A DNA stretch of 55,253 bases from a virus (lineage: Duplodnaviria; Caudoviricetes): positions 1-55,253 of IMG/VR virus record IMGVR_UViG_3300042923_001283. One strand, written 5' to 3'. The translations under genes and the position numbers were made by a program. Of the stretch, positions 38,512-47,790 are shown piece after piece. The notes beneath the pieces were generated by a model. That model did not search any database. It was not told the origin of the DNA and saw nothing but the letters and a program-made list of their open reading frames with translations. Every line of letters begins with the position of its first letter. The stretch's first letter is position 1.

Positions 38512-39195
38512 TTACTCCGTATAGGTCTCAAACCACTTATTGATATACTTTTGCCATTCATCTTTTCGGTATCGCCTGTCCTCGTCCTGTTCTAACCGAT
38601 TTATACAATCCTCAATTAGTACATTACAGAAAATAAGTTCAGCTCCTAAGTCATTGGCCAATCGTTCCCGTTTGTATTTATCCGCATACCCACCGATAAC
38701 CCATGCATTGTTCCATTTACCGTGCCTAGTTCGGATATTATCAATCAATTGATTGTGAATTCCTAGTACGTTGGACAATAGGTTGTCAGGCTTATCGTAG
38801 TAAGGCAACATGGAGATGGCTGCAAACAATTGATCCATATCCACGACTAAATCACCTCGACGCATTTGCTGTCTAACAAAGGTGGACTTACCTGACATTG
38901 GTGGTCCGTAGACTAGATAGACCTGTTTCTCTACTCGATAACCAAATCGGTTATGTTCCTGGTTATGGCAATCGAAACACACCAGTTCAATTAAATCAGG
39001 GTTTAAACTAATTAATCGATCATGTACATTTTCAGGGGTGAGCTCTATCTTGTGGTGTCCTATTAAGTCTTTAGATTTTGCAATGAATTGATTACATCTT
39101 ATACATCTATTACCTCTTTGGTTTATTAGCGACAACCTAAGGGTTACCCACTCTTTGGAGGCATAGAAGGATTTTATTACCGCATACTTTGCCAC
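38512..39195 (-). CDS. Packaging-associated HNH endonuclease fused to P-loop (AAA-like) domain
   Basis: FYASKEW, CIRC, HHKIEL, CFDCHN; GPPMSGKST. Confidence 0.9.
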   Translation of the reverse strand: MAKYAVIKSFYASKEWVTLRLSLINQRGNRCIRCNQFIAKSKDLIGHHKIELTPENVHDRLISLNPDLIELVCFDCHNQEHNRFGYRVEKQVYLVYGPPMSGKSTFVRQQMRRGDLVVDMDQLFAAISMLPYYDKPDNLLSNVLGIHNQLIDNIRTRHGKWNNAWVIGGYADKYKRERLANDLGAELIFCNVLIEDCINRLEQDEDRRYRKDEWQKYINKWFETYTE

Positions 39196-39196
39196 A

Positions 39197-39937
39197 CTAC
39201 CACGCCTTTGAACTAGCTGCTATAATATCAGCTTTAAGTTTCTCAATTCTCAATCGATGTTCTTCTTTTACCTCATCTGGAGGCATGGACCTTATCATTT
39301 CCTCATACTGCTTAATTTTGTTTGTTAGTGCTCTCATTGCAGCAGCTTGAGATGTAAGTGCCTTTGCTTGCTTGTCCCATCCGAATTGAATCTCGTACTC
39401 TCTTTCCACACTAATCTCGAGATACTCTTCACCGATTACTTCGCCATCAGAGTTTGTAACATCTATCTTTTCTTTATAGAATTTTTCTTTTTTCAATTCC
39501 TTTGTCATATCATCTTTGTTTTGAACAAACATAATTTTTTGAGCACGTATTATATTGGTAAAAGCTATACGTATTTCCTCATACAACAAATCGAGCATTG
39601 GCATTTCTCTTGTAGCATCGTAAATTTCCAATGTTTCCTCGTCGTTTGGCATCCATTTGCGAAATAAACCATGCTTTACAGCTTTATCATTTCCAATTGG
39701 TCCACCAGGTCCGCCTTTGTTACCTACCGCATTCTTATTTCGATAAGGAGCTCCTCGTTTTGGTGGAGTAATAGGAATCTCTTCCCATCGATCAACACTT
39801 TTCCATTTTCTGATTAAGTTAGGACTAACTCCAAGTTCTTCTGCGATTTGTTTTGGTTTCTTTTCTCGGCCACTTTTTAACCATATTTTCAAAGCTTTTA
39901 ATCTATTAGTACTTATTGGTCTCGACATCGCAAACAC
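39197..39937 (-). CDS. Second small-terminase-like HTH protein (Terminase_5/YqaS-like)
   Basis: IAEELGVSPNLIRKWKSVDRW, GAPYRNKNAVGN, GN.KAVKHGLF. Confidence 0.75.
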   Translation of the reverse strand: MFAMSRPISTNRLKALKIWLKSGREKKPKQIAEELGVSPNLIRKWKSVDRWEEIPITPPKRGAPYRNKNAVGNKGGPGGPIGNDKAVKHGLFRKWMPNDEETLEIYDATREMPMLDLLYEEIRIAFTNIIRAQKIMFVQNKDDMTKELKKEKFYKEKIDVTNSDGEVIGEEYLEISVEREYEIQFGWDKQAKALTSQAAAMRALTNKIKQYEEMIRSMPPDEVKEEHRLRIEKLKADIIAASSKAW

Positions 39938-40082
39938 CCCACCTCCAAACTAATTGAGTTGGTTTTCACGTTTTTTAAAATTAGACATAGTAGGCTACCC
40001 GCCTGGAACTTCAACTACGCAAAAAAGCCCCAAATATAGAGGCTCATGAAGTTACTTATTTCCCCTAAAATATGGTTCTAGG

Positions 40083-40196
40083 GTGAATCATAATTAGTAT
40101 TCTGTTGCACTGGCTTAAACATGTTTTTCCTATGATATTTCTAATTATTTTCTTCATTTTAAAAATGAGTGCAAAATATTAACAATTATGGTGCAC
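40083..40196. other. Two dif-like 11-6-11 tyrosine recombinase sites
   Basis: GTGAATCATAA-TTAGTA-TTCTGTTGCAC (40083-40110) and GTGCAAAATAT-TAACAA-TTATGGTGCAC (40169-40196). Confidence 0.6.
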
Positions 40197-40203
40197 TAAA
40201 ACA

Positions 40204-40764
40204 TCATTTTAATCGCATTATTGCTGAGTCCATCATATCTTGAGTAATTCCGATATAGCGTAATGTGATTGAAGAATTACTATGATTGAACATTTCCATT
40301 AGTAACGCTAAATTGTAAGGATTTTGCCTATAAAGATGATAGCCCCATGTTTTTCTCATAGTGTGACAACCGATTTCTTTTAAACCAAAATGCCGGGCTA
40401 CATTATTCAACATTTTATATGCAGTGCTTCGATCAATAGGTTGTTTTCTTAACCTGCTTTTTGTTTTAATTTGCCTACTTGGAAATAGGTATTCATTATC
40501 ACCTTTACCTTCGATAAATTTTTCAAGATCACTTTTTATCGATGGATGAATAATAAATTTCTTTTTCTTCTTTGTTTTCTGTTCTTGAATATTAACGTGA
40601 GTGCTCTTAACCATTCCCACTTTTAACTGTCGTAAATCACAAACCCTTAAACCGCTATATATTCCAAAACAAAAAAATAAATAATCTCTCATACTTCTTA
40701 ACTTTAAATATTGTTTTACAGCTTCGATTACTTCTGGATCGCGGATAGGTTGAACGAAATTCAT
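40204..40764 (-). CDS. Small tyrosine recombinase (catalytic domain only)
   Basis: SGLRVCD, HTMRKTWGY, FNHS, TLRYIG catalytic residues. Confidence 0.92.
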   Translation of the reverse strand: MNFVQPIRDPEVIEAVKQYLKLRSMRDYLFFCFGIYSGLRVCDLRQLKVGMVKSTHVNIQEQKTKKKKKFIIHPSIKSDLEKFIEGKGDNEYLFPSRQIKTKSRLRKQPIDRSTAYKMLNNVARHFGLKEIGCHTMRKTWGYHLYRQNPYNLALLMEMFNHSNSSITLRYIGITQDMMDSAIMRLK

Positions 40765-40778
40765 TCAGAAAACTCCCC

Positions 40779-40973
40779 TCAATCCTCAGTAACTAACTTA
40801 GGAGATAACCCAAATCTTTTTTGCTGCTCCTCAAATTCTTTTAATGCCGATGTTGCATTTTTTGCTTCTCTGGTTACTGCCTTCAAACCTTTTAACGCGT
40901 CAGAACAATCAATATCGATTTTTATAGATTGCTTAGAAATCAAATTTTTGTTTGACTCGCGCTCATCTGCCAT
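40779..40973 (-). CDS. Small hypothetical phage protein
   Basis: MADERESNK start after AAGGAG. Confidence 0.65.
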   Translation of the reverse strand: MADERESNKNLISKQSIKIDIDCSDALKGLKAVTREAKNATSALKEFEEQQKRFGLSPKLVTED

Positions 40974-40992
40974 GTCACAACAACTCCTTTTA

Positions 40993-41075
40993 TTTTTTGT
41001 ATTCAACATCACATTGAGGGGAAGTGATGGCGACACTTGCAGTATGAGCTGCCATGTGATGCTGAATACAAAAAA
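40993..41075 (-). ncRNA. Candidate structured RNA (22-bp closing stem enclosing two hairpins)
   Basis: TTTTTTGTATTCAGCATCACAT / ATGTGATGTTGAATACAAAAAA arms; inner GCAG/CTGC and AAGTG/CACTT stems. Confidence 0.45.
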
Positions 41076-41125
41076 CAAAAGACTATTAATGTTCTTGTCT
41101 TTTGCTTAATATGTTACTTGCTTTT

Positions 41126-41317
41126 TCATCGTCTTTTTAAAGCTCCTCCCTTGCCACGATACAAACCTTTATTATTGCTACCCATAATTTCGTGCCAATC
41201 TATTTTTTCTTCCTTTTTAGGCTTCGCCTTTTGATGTGATTCGTTCTTAGGTGACTTAATCTTATCCAGTTGCCTCTTTTGTTTTTCAGATAAATGATCA
41301 GATAGCTTCATAACCAA
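41126..41317 (-). CDS. Small basic hypothetical protein
   Basis: Lys-rich ORF ending YRGKGGALKRR. Confidence 0.65.
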   Translation of the reverse strand: MVMKLSDHLSEKQKRQLDKIKSPKNESHQKAKPKKEEKIDWHEIMGSNNKGLYRGKGGALKRR

Positions 41318-41339
41318 TCACCTTTTCTATATTTATTAA

Positions 41340-41412
41340 CGCCCCTTTGAGGATTCGAACCCCAACTCTAAGACTAGAATTCTCGTGTGCTATCCAATTA
41401 CACTAAAGAGGC
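41340..41412 (-). tRNA. tRNA-Arg (UCU), imperfect anticodon stem, no encoded CCA
   Basis: GCCTCTT/AAGGGGC acceptor stem, D-loop AATTGGATA, anticodon loop ATTCTAG, T-arm TGGGG-TTCGAAT-CCTCA. Confidence 0.85.
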
Positions 41413-41581
41413 ATAGAAAAGACGATACCCCCTGATAAGTATCGCCTTAAATTTGACAGTGCTTGTTCAAGGCACAGTCTGCACAAACCAAATTCACGAC
41501 AAAGTCGTAAATAAGAAGGAATTTCCGGGTATTTCCGTACCCTTATATATAGGTGGCATTTGCACGGTAAAAAAAGCCACT

Positions 41582-42094
41582 TCAACAAAAGCTGAAGAGG
41601 CTTGAACATAATTTATTTTCTGCTCTCTCAATTGTAGATTGGACAGAGGAGCGTGAAACACATAAATATCTAGCAATCTGTGAATATGATAAACAATGAC
41701 CACGTGACATAAGATAGATTTCTTTTTCTTTTTCTGTTAAAACAGTAAGTGCCTGGTCTATTCTTAATCTATCCGAAATTGAAATAACATCTTCCTCTAC
41801 GTGATTGTCCCATTTGTAAATTCCTTCGTTTGTACTTCTAAAATATCTTTGGATAATTAAAGGATCCATTGGTCGCTCTCTTTGATAAGCAGCCCGTCTT
41901 TCAATACCTCTTTTGTTTCCTGGGCGACGACCTGATTTCATCCATTCAATGGTGTACTCTAAATCAGAGATAATTCCTTTAATGATATCTTCTTCTTCAC
42001 CAGATGCTTTTTCTAGGAGGTTTTTTGTTTCTTTCAGTGTAAGTCTATAATCTTCAACTGTCGCAAATCTTGACGGATTATACTCTAACTCCAT
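41582..42094 (-). CDS. Xpf-like sigma-70 region 4 late-gene activator
   Basis: ISDLEYTIEWMKSGRRPGNKRGIERR and LSYSQIARYLCVSRSSVQSTIERA, as in PBSX Xpf-type proteins. Confidence 0.8.
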   Translation of the reverse strand: MELEYNPSRFATVEDYRLTLKETKNLLEKASGEEEDIIKGIISDLEYTIEWMKSGRRPGNKRGIERRAAYQRERPMDPLIIQRYFRSTNEGIYKWDNHVEEDVISISDRLRIDQALTVLTEKEKEIYLMSRGHCLSYSQIARYLCVSRSSVQSTIERAENKLCSSLFSFC

Positions 42095-42199
42095 TTTGGT
42101 GCCTCCCGTGGTAAAATAATTAGTAGTGGTATTCACCGGGAGAAATCTCGGTTTTTTTATTTTTCTTCACATTTCATCTTGTTCAATGCTTGTTTCGTA

Positions 42200-42480
42200 T
42201 AATTCTCGAATTGTACACTAACTCCAAGATGGTTCTGGTTTATTATCTGGTGTAACACTGTCACTTTCGTAATCAGAATCAAGAATAAGTTTTGTACCAT
42301 TTTGCGTAAGTTTCATCAACAAGACTTCAAAATCACTTAGATATATTAAAGAATCTAAATCGTGAGTTGATTTGTAATCGATTGTCCATCCCTCTTTATC
42401 AAACTTAGTCCATTGGTCTGCACAATGGATTGAAGTACCATGAATTGATTTTTCTCAATAACATTGAGGTAATCTCGCAT
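42200..42480 (-). pseudogene. Fused gene fragments (probable deletion junction near 42418)
   Basis: MRDYLNVIEKNQFMVLQSIVQ with good RBS, joined out of frame to an unrelated reading frame WTKFDKEGWTIDY... that contains stops. Confidence 0.4.
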
Positions 42481-42719
42481 GAGTTGTTCTCCTTTCCTTT
42501 TAATTTTGTAAATACTGTGAAGTCTGTTTACTTATATAAATCAGATTGATAAAGTCATGTTGAGGCCTTTACTATAAACAAAGTCCTCAACTCCTATAAT
42601 CACCCAAGAGCGTTTTCCAGGACTGTCGCTCTTGGGATTTTTTATTCTTAAGACTAATCCTTTAAAATGCCATTCTTAACAAAGATGTTTCTTCATGAAC
42701 GCTTCAATTTATCTTTATA

Positions 42720-42906
42720 TCGACGGGAAAACAGTTTACCCATTCTCCTTTTACGTTTCTTTTTATTAGCCATTACTTAGTAAACTCCCGAATTTTGCCT
42801 GGAATGATTAACTGCATTTTTATCCATGTAGGCTTGTTTTTCTTGAACAGCCTTTACAATTTTCCAGTAAATCATCCAATTTGTAGAGAAGTTGGAGACG
42901 GTTCAT
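42720..42906 (-). pseudogene. Degraded zinc-finger gene, paralogous to 45287-45664
   Basis: MNRLQLLYKLDDLLENCKGC then premature stops; ATGA coupling to the upstream gene. Confidence 0.5.
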
Positions 42907-43262
42907 TTCCCAGTTCCACTTATTTTCAATATCTCCAATGCCTCTGAAATGAAATCTTTTGGATTATCCGATTCCAATCCGTATTCCAAAAGATAAATGA
43001 CTGCTTCCTTACGATCCATCTCGTTTTGAATGTATTTCAATCCATCTGCCATCTCTTCCAGAATCATTTGTAACCAATCATATTTGTAATTGCTTCTAAG
43101 CGGTTTTTTGTATTTATCAAAGCCGTAATCATCCTGTTTGTAAGCAATCTTTTTTAAGGTCTGAAGCATCTTATCTGAAACATTGTGAATCTCTTTATAA
43201 CCAGGAATAAGATGTTTTAAAGGTTCAATTGTTTCCATCTGGTTAGCTTTTAAGTCGCTCAT
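42903..43262 (-). CDS. Hypothetical phage protein
   Basis: 119-aa ORF, GFDKYKKPL...WLQMILEEMAD. Confidence 0.75.
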   Translation of the reverse strand: MSDLKANQMETIEPLKHLIPGYKEIHNVSDKMLQTLKKIAYKQDDYGFDKYKKPLRSNYKYDWLQMILEEMADGLKYIQNEMDRKEAVIYLLEYGLESDNPKDFISEALEILKISGTGK

Positions 43263-43263
43263 A

Positions 43264-43443
43264 TTAACCTCCTACTCTTTCAGACATATTTTTTCTTGCC
43301 TCTTCAAGCCTTTTTCGAATAACTTGCTGTTTAGCGATTCTAATTTTTTCTGGAACAGGTCCACAATCGGGACAGGTGTCAATCTGGGTGTAAAAACTAC
43401 CAGTAGAGTGGACCACGTGTGTACCGTTACATAATGGGCACAT
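43264..43443 (-). CDS. Small zinc-finger protein (59 aa)
   Basis: MCPLCNG...TCPDCGP; RBS GGAGG. Confidence 0.7.
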   Translation of the reverse strand: MCPLCNGTHVVHSTGSFYTQIDTCPDCGPVPEKIRIAKQQVIRKRLEEARKNMSERVGG

Positions 43444-43452
43444 AGTAGCCTC

Positions 43453-44253
43453 CTAAAATTGTTTTCTACGAAAATCTTTCCCGTTCATTTTGATAATTTC
43501 CGTGTTATCGAGAATCCTAGAAAAGTTACGCTCGTTCACTTTGATTTCTAAATCAGCGCTTTTTAAATTAGTCGTGTAAATGGTGCTCTTCCCAGCCCGA
43601 CTATCGACTACTTCAAAAATTTTCGTTTGAGCCCAATTGTCATTTTCGTATCGTTTGTTGGTATATTCAGCGCCCAAATCATCTAAAACTAGAAGATCCA
43701 CTTGTTGTATGTACTCGAATAAGTCCTCTTCCGACAGATTTGATTTGCTGTTGTATGTCTCTTTAATCTTGGTTAGTAGCTTAGGTACCGATAAAAACAA
43801 ACATGAATACCCTGCATCTAAGAGAAACTTTGTAGCAGCATAAGACAGATGACTCTTCCCAGTTCCATAGGTACCAACCAGTAAAAGGTTTTTAGCTTCG
43901 CTCGGATTGAAAAGACGTACAAAATCTCTGATTTTCTGTTTTGCCTCGACCAATTCCTTGCTGGGTGGAATGTAAGTTTCAAAGGTTGCCCGTTTAAGGT
44001 TTTCATTAACCAACGAATTTTGATCAAACACATCTTTTACTTTTCGCTTCGTCATCCTGGTATGAGCTTCTATCGTCTGCTGAGCAAGTATTTTATCTTC
44101 AGCTGCAATATACTTACAATAAAAACAAAATGGTTCCTCCGTTACTGGATCTAGTTGCATACGGCGACGACAATTATCATTACTGCAACGTTGGTCAGTT
44201 ATCTTAGGGAGATTAACCGTTTCGATGGTGATCGATTCTTTTACGGATTTCAC
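43453..44253 (-). CDS. DnaC-like helicase loader (IstB-like ATPase)
   Basis: GTYGTGKSHL, LVLDDLGAE, TTNL, GKDFR. Confidence 0.92.
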   Translation of the reverse strand: MKSVKESITIETVNLPKITDQRCSNDNCRRRMQLDPVTEEPFCFYCKYIAAEDKILAQQTIEAHTRMTKRKVKDVFDQNSLVNENLKRATFETYIPPSKELVEAKQKIRDFVRLFNPSEAKNLLLVGTYGTGKSHLSYAATKFLLDAGYSCLFLSVPKLLTKIKETYNSKSNLSEEDLFEYIQQVDLLVLDDLGAEYTNKRYENDNWAQTKIFEVVDSRAGKSTIYTTNLKSADLEIKVNERNFSRILDNTEIIKMNGKDFRRKQF

Positions 44254-44267
44254 ATATTCACCCCATT

Positions 44268-45104
44268 TTAAAAATCGTAAACGTATTCACTTTCAGCTTT
44301 AGGCTTACTTGTTGCATCAGGTCCTTCTCTTTTCCTGCGAAATTCAGCATCAAGGGCTTGTACATCTTGAAGGGTCCAAACACCTCTATTTGCCCATTCT
44401 TTTAAAATGCTATCAGCATATTTCCAGCGCTTTCCTTGGAGTAAAGCTCTCTTCATAGCTTCTAATACCAACTCCGCACTTAGGTCTTGAATCCACTTAA
44501 TAATTGCCTCGCTCATATAAGGGTTAATCATTCCGAAGTTTTGTTGGTAAAAATCACTAACATCAGCTAACGAAGGATTTTCTTTTTGTTGTTTTTCTTT
44601 TTCTTTTTCTTTTTCTTTTTCTTTTTCTTTTTCTTTTTGCCCCCGTATCGTCGACGTATCGTCTAACGTATCGTGGTACGTATCGTCGACGATACGTGAA
44701 AATAATTCTTTAATGCTATCATTAGGGATTTTTTCGGCAATTAATTTCACCAGTTCTAAATCCTTTACCAGTGACAATTCTTTTTTTACGCAATCCAGAA
44801 TAGGTTTTCCACCTTTGATGAGGTTGTATTTCCCCCAATTAAGAATGGCAATTTCTCTTGTTTCTTTGTTGTATTTAATTAACTGGTGAGAATTTTCAAA
44901 GCGATCTAATAAGTTATTAACTGACTCATTTGAATACCCGATATCAAAAGCTATTTGTTTCTTAGTAATTTGGTAGACTCCTATTTGAGTAGTATTAGGA
45001 TTCGTTAATAGATAAATATAAAAATATTTATCCTCAGGAGTCATTTCTTCCAAAATCTTTGAATCCTGCCAAAATGAAGTGTGTACGTGTCTGTATTTGG
45101 ACAT
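44268..45104 (-). CDS. Phage replication initiator (replisome organizer plus DnaD domain)
   Basis: FWQD..ILEEMTPEDKYFYIYLLTN; C-terminal DnaD-like WKYADSILKEW. Confidence 0.9.
   Translation of the reverse strand: MSKYRHVHTSFWQDSKILEEMTPEDKYFYIYLLTNPNTTQIGVYQITKKQIAFDIGYSNESVNNLLDRFENSHQLIKYNKETREIAILNWGKYNLIKGGKPILDCVKKELSLVKDLELVKLIAEKIPNDSIKELFSRIVDDTYHDTLDDTSTIRGQKEKEKEKEKEKEKEKQQKENPSLADVSDFYQQNFGMINPYMSEAIIKWIQDLSAELVLEAMKRALLQGKRWKYADSILKEWANRGVWTLQDVQALDAEFRRKREGPDATSKPKAESEYVYDF
44590..44697. other. Probable phage replication origin (iterons plus AT-rich tract) inside the initiator gene
   Basis: Four CGTATCGT iterons spaced 11-12 bp apart at 44644-44690, ending in the palindrome CGTATCGTCGACGATACG, next to (TTCTTT)n. 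Confidence 0.65.
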
Positions 45105-45107
45105 GAA

Positions 45108-45293
45108 TTATTGCTCCTTTCGAATGCATATTGCAAAACCATTTTGAATTGATTTCACCTGGTAATGTGGGTACCGAACCATATATTGTAGAACGAGTTT
45201 CTTGAGTTGTTCTTTATCTTTTGCTTCATGGAAAATACGGCTAGGAAATAGGACGCGATACAAATCTTTATTGACTAGCAATTCCATCACCAA
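45108..45293 (-). CDS. Hypothetical phage protein
   Basis: 61-aa ORF, RYPHY..K motif. Confidence 0.7.
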   Translation of the reverse strand: MVMELLVNKDLYRVLFPSRIFHEAKDKEQLKKLVLQYMVRYPHYQVKSIQNGFAICIRKEQ

Positions 45294-45664
45294 CCGATCA
45301 TATCTGGGTATTTTCTTCTTAGATAGCTAGCTTTTGCTGATACTGATTTAGGAGCTCTATTTAGCCTTTGCGATAAGTGCGCCACTTTATAAAGGTTTAG
45401 ATGGTTCAAGAGGTAAAACTCTTCATCTGAGCTCCATGGCCCCACAATAACAGGTATTGAAATGGCTACGACCTTTTGTGAGGTTTTTATCGTTTCATCT
45501 GAGATTAATTGAGCAGCTAGCTTCTGCATCGTTATTCCTGATGGGCATACTGTTGAACAATGAACTGGAACTTCACCATTGCCAATTCGATACTGACAGC
45601 CATTGCAGGAATCCAAAAGCCCAGAAATCTCTTTACGAATCACTCGCTTTTCCTCGCGGTTCAT
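45287..45664 (-). CDS. Zinc-finger plus Myb/HTH-like protein
   Basis: CNGC...HC..VCPSG; WSSDEEFYL...LNRAPKSV. Confidence 0.75.
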   Translation of the reverse strand: MNREEKRVIRKEISGLLDSCNGCQYRIGNGEVPVHCSTVCPSGITMQKLAAQLISDETIKTSQKVVAISIPVIVGPWSSDEEFYLLNHLNLYKVAHLSQRLNRAPKSVSAKASYLRRKYPDMIGW

Positions 45665-45776
45665 TTTCTATCCTCCTTTTAGACAAGTCGTTGAATAAAT
45701 ACGTGGTTTAAGATAATATAAAGTTAGACTTTTTCTTAAGGGTTTTTCCTGGAATGATAACTTGTTGCTGCAAGTG

Positions 45777-46559
45777 TCATTCCTTGACCTCGTATCCTCT
45801 AGCTTTTGTTAACAACCCCACAAGAATGGTATTGAACTTCTCCAGAACCCCCATACGGACCATGACATCAATTCCGTTTACCTTCTGTTTAAGAGTGGAT
45901 TCCGCGTACAACTTCCCTTTTTTCTCGTAATATTCAGCATTGATTTTCCTGCGCTCGTTCTCTACTCTTGCTTTCACATCGATTCCGTGTTGAGCTTTTA
46001 ATATTTTATAAATGCCTTTGTAGATTTCATCATGTCCTTGACGGGTATAGCGAGCATATTCATTCACTCTTTCCACAACTTTCGCTGGCTCTGGAACAGC
46101 AGTGAGATTATGGGCTATTGATTGGACATTACTTTCGATGGCATTTATCTTTTGATCACGTAAAGCATTGGATTTTTCTTGCTCTACCATTTGCTGAGCA
46201 ATCATAGCTATCATCTCGACTTGAGACTTAGGTTGTTTGAATCGTTTTTCCACCTCAATGAAATATTTTCGAATTGCTCTCCCCATTTCATTGTTCTGGA
46301 CCATGGCTATTTCTTTTGCGGTATCTAAAGTTAGTATGTAATCTTGCTTCGGACGACCATTTTGGGTTTTTTCCAAAATCGGAAAAAAGTCCTCACCTTC
46401 AATAAATCCATATCTCTCAAATTTTTCTTGGATCCAAGCTGCAAAAACTTTACCGACCAATAATTGTTCATGAAGCTCACGAGCATCCACAACCTTTTCA
46501 CCAGTTGATGATTCATAAACCGGAAGCATTTCATTCGCTACAACTTTTAATCCTTTCAT
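45777..46559 (-). CDS. AntA/AntB-family antirepressor
   Basis: VDARELHEQL, GFIEGEDF, LTLDTAKEIAMVQ, RKYFIEVEK. Confidence 0.9.
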   Translation of the reverse strand: MKGLKVVANEMLPVYESSTGEKVVDARELHEQLLVGKVFAAWIQEKFERYGFIEGEDFFPILEKTQNGRPKQDYILTLDTAKEIAMVQNNEMGRAIRKYFIEVEKRFKQPKSQVEMIAMIAQQMVEQEKSNALRDQKINAIESNVQSIAHNLTAVPEPAKVVERVNEYARYTRQGHDEIYKGIYKILKAQHGIDVKARVENERRKINAEYYEKKGKLYAESTLKQKVNGIDVMVRMGVLEKFNTILVGLLTKARGYEVKE

Positions 46560-46589
46560 TGTTTGACCTCCTATCAAACTAATAGTCTA

Positions 46590-46739
46590 TTATTCAATGT
46601 TATCTATTCGTTCTAAAATGGATAACTTCAAACGTTTTGGAAGACATTTAAAAACAATTGCCCCTATAACTAATGGGAGTAAGAAATAAAAAATTCCAAA
46701 ATATGCAACTCCAAGCCCACCAACTGTACCTGGCTCCAT
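46590..46739 (-). CDS. Small membrane protein (49 aa)
   Basis: MEPGTVGGLGVAYFGIFYFLLPLVIG; RBS GGAGG. Confidence 0.6.
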   Translation of the reverse strand: MEPGTVGGLGVAYFGIFYFLLPLVIGAIVFKCLPKRLKLSILERIDNIE

Positions 46740-46846
46740 TAATTCGACCTCCTATGAATCTCCTAAACTTTTAGAACTAAATTCCTTCACCAAAAACTGC
46801 ATTATGGCTAAAAAGAGAAGCTCCTCTGGAGCCGAAGTTTTAAACC

Positions 46847-47068
46847 TTAAGCACGTTTTACTAATTCTTCTTGAATCAAAGTTAGTAACGTTTGTTGTCT
46901 TTCCACATATACCTGAACTGGGTCTCCACCAGCTACATGTAAACCGATTCGATGTTCTGCATCTTTTGCCAAGGTAATTAAATCAGAAGTAGATAATTGA
47001 GGTATTCTTGATTGCCACATTTTCATGTGATTCACCTTCCTTAGATGTAACCTTCTGCTTCTATCCAA
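46847..47068 (-). CDS. Hypothetical early phage protein
   Basis: ORF in the early operon; likely start MKMWQS. Confidence 0.65.
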   Translation of the reverse strand: MDRSRRLHLRKVNHMKMWQSRIPQLSTSDLITLAKDAEHRIGLHVAGGDPVQVYVERQQTLLTLIQEELVKRA

Positions 47069-47535
47069 GCATGTAAATCCTTCTTAAGAACAATAATTTG
47101 ATCATGTTGTTCAGCATTACACCCCCAAGAGTTAGCAACAACAGATGTATAACCCGCAATCGCTTCAGGCAATGATTTGAATGTTTTAATATCTGGAACT
47201 CTTAGTTGACTGCCTTCTATTTTTATGGATTCAAGAAACTCTTCCTTTTCCTTTTGAAATTGATCAACATACTTTTTATTTAATTTTTCAATAGCACCTT
47301 TGTATGGTCTAAACTTAAATGTACCTCTACCAGTTTCTGTGTTAAAATCACACATTTTAGAAACAACGGCCATATTACCTTTTGGCGTAGAATAAACACT
47401 ATTTCCTGCAGATGAATGCCCAAGTAAAACAATTTCCCCCGGTTTGCAGTTATAAAATTTAGATAAAAGCTCCCAATCAAAATAAAATCTCTTTTTTACA
47501 ATGTTAGTATCGTAGGACATAATTGAAGCTCTCAC
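47041..47535 (-). CDS. Hypothetical early phage protein
   Basis: 164-aa ORF with GGAGG RBS. Confidence 0.75.
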   Translation of the reverse strand: MRASIMSYDTNIVKKRFYFDWELLSKFYNCKPGEIVLLGHSSAGNSVYSTPKGNMAVVSKMCDFNTETGRGTFKFRPYKGAIEKLNKKYVDQFQKEKEEFLESIKIEGSQLRVPDIKTFKSLPEAIAGYTSVVANSWGCNAEQHDQIIVLKKDLHAWIEAEGYI

Positions 47536-47554
47536 TTTTAAGCCCTCCTTTTAC

Positions 47555-47746
47555 TTAGCCGTTGGATATTTCAGACATTACTTCCGTAAGTTCCTGGAAC
47601 AGTTCCGTGACTGGCATTTTTCTTTCCCCCCAAATCCTCAGATACTTTATTGCAGCTTCAGAATCGAAATAAGAAAGCTCTGCGATTTTGGTCGGAATCA
47701 TGCTCCGTTTTTTAAGAATTTCGTGATCAATAGGTAGTTCCATCAA
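47555..47746 (-). CDS. Hypothetical early phage protein
   Basis: 63-aa ORF with AGGAGG RBS. Confidence 0.7.
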   Translation of the reverse strand: MMELPIDHEILKKRSMIPTKIAELSYFDSEAAIKYLRIWGERKMPVTELFQELTEVMSEISNG

Positions 47747-47790
47747 ATTCCTCCTTTCTTAAAATTAGAAATGGGTAAACTAAAATGAAA

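Noticed and set aside
41370-41382. CTA in the tRNA loop as an amber suppressor for the lysin TAG
   Set aside because: The stem register places TCT, not CTA, at positions 34-36, and the lysin also has a frameshift
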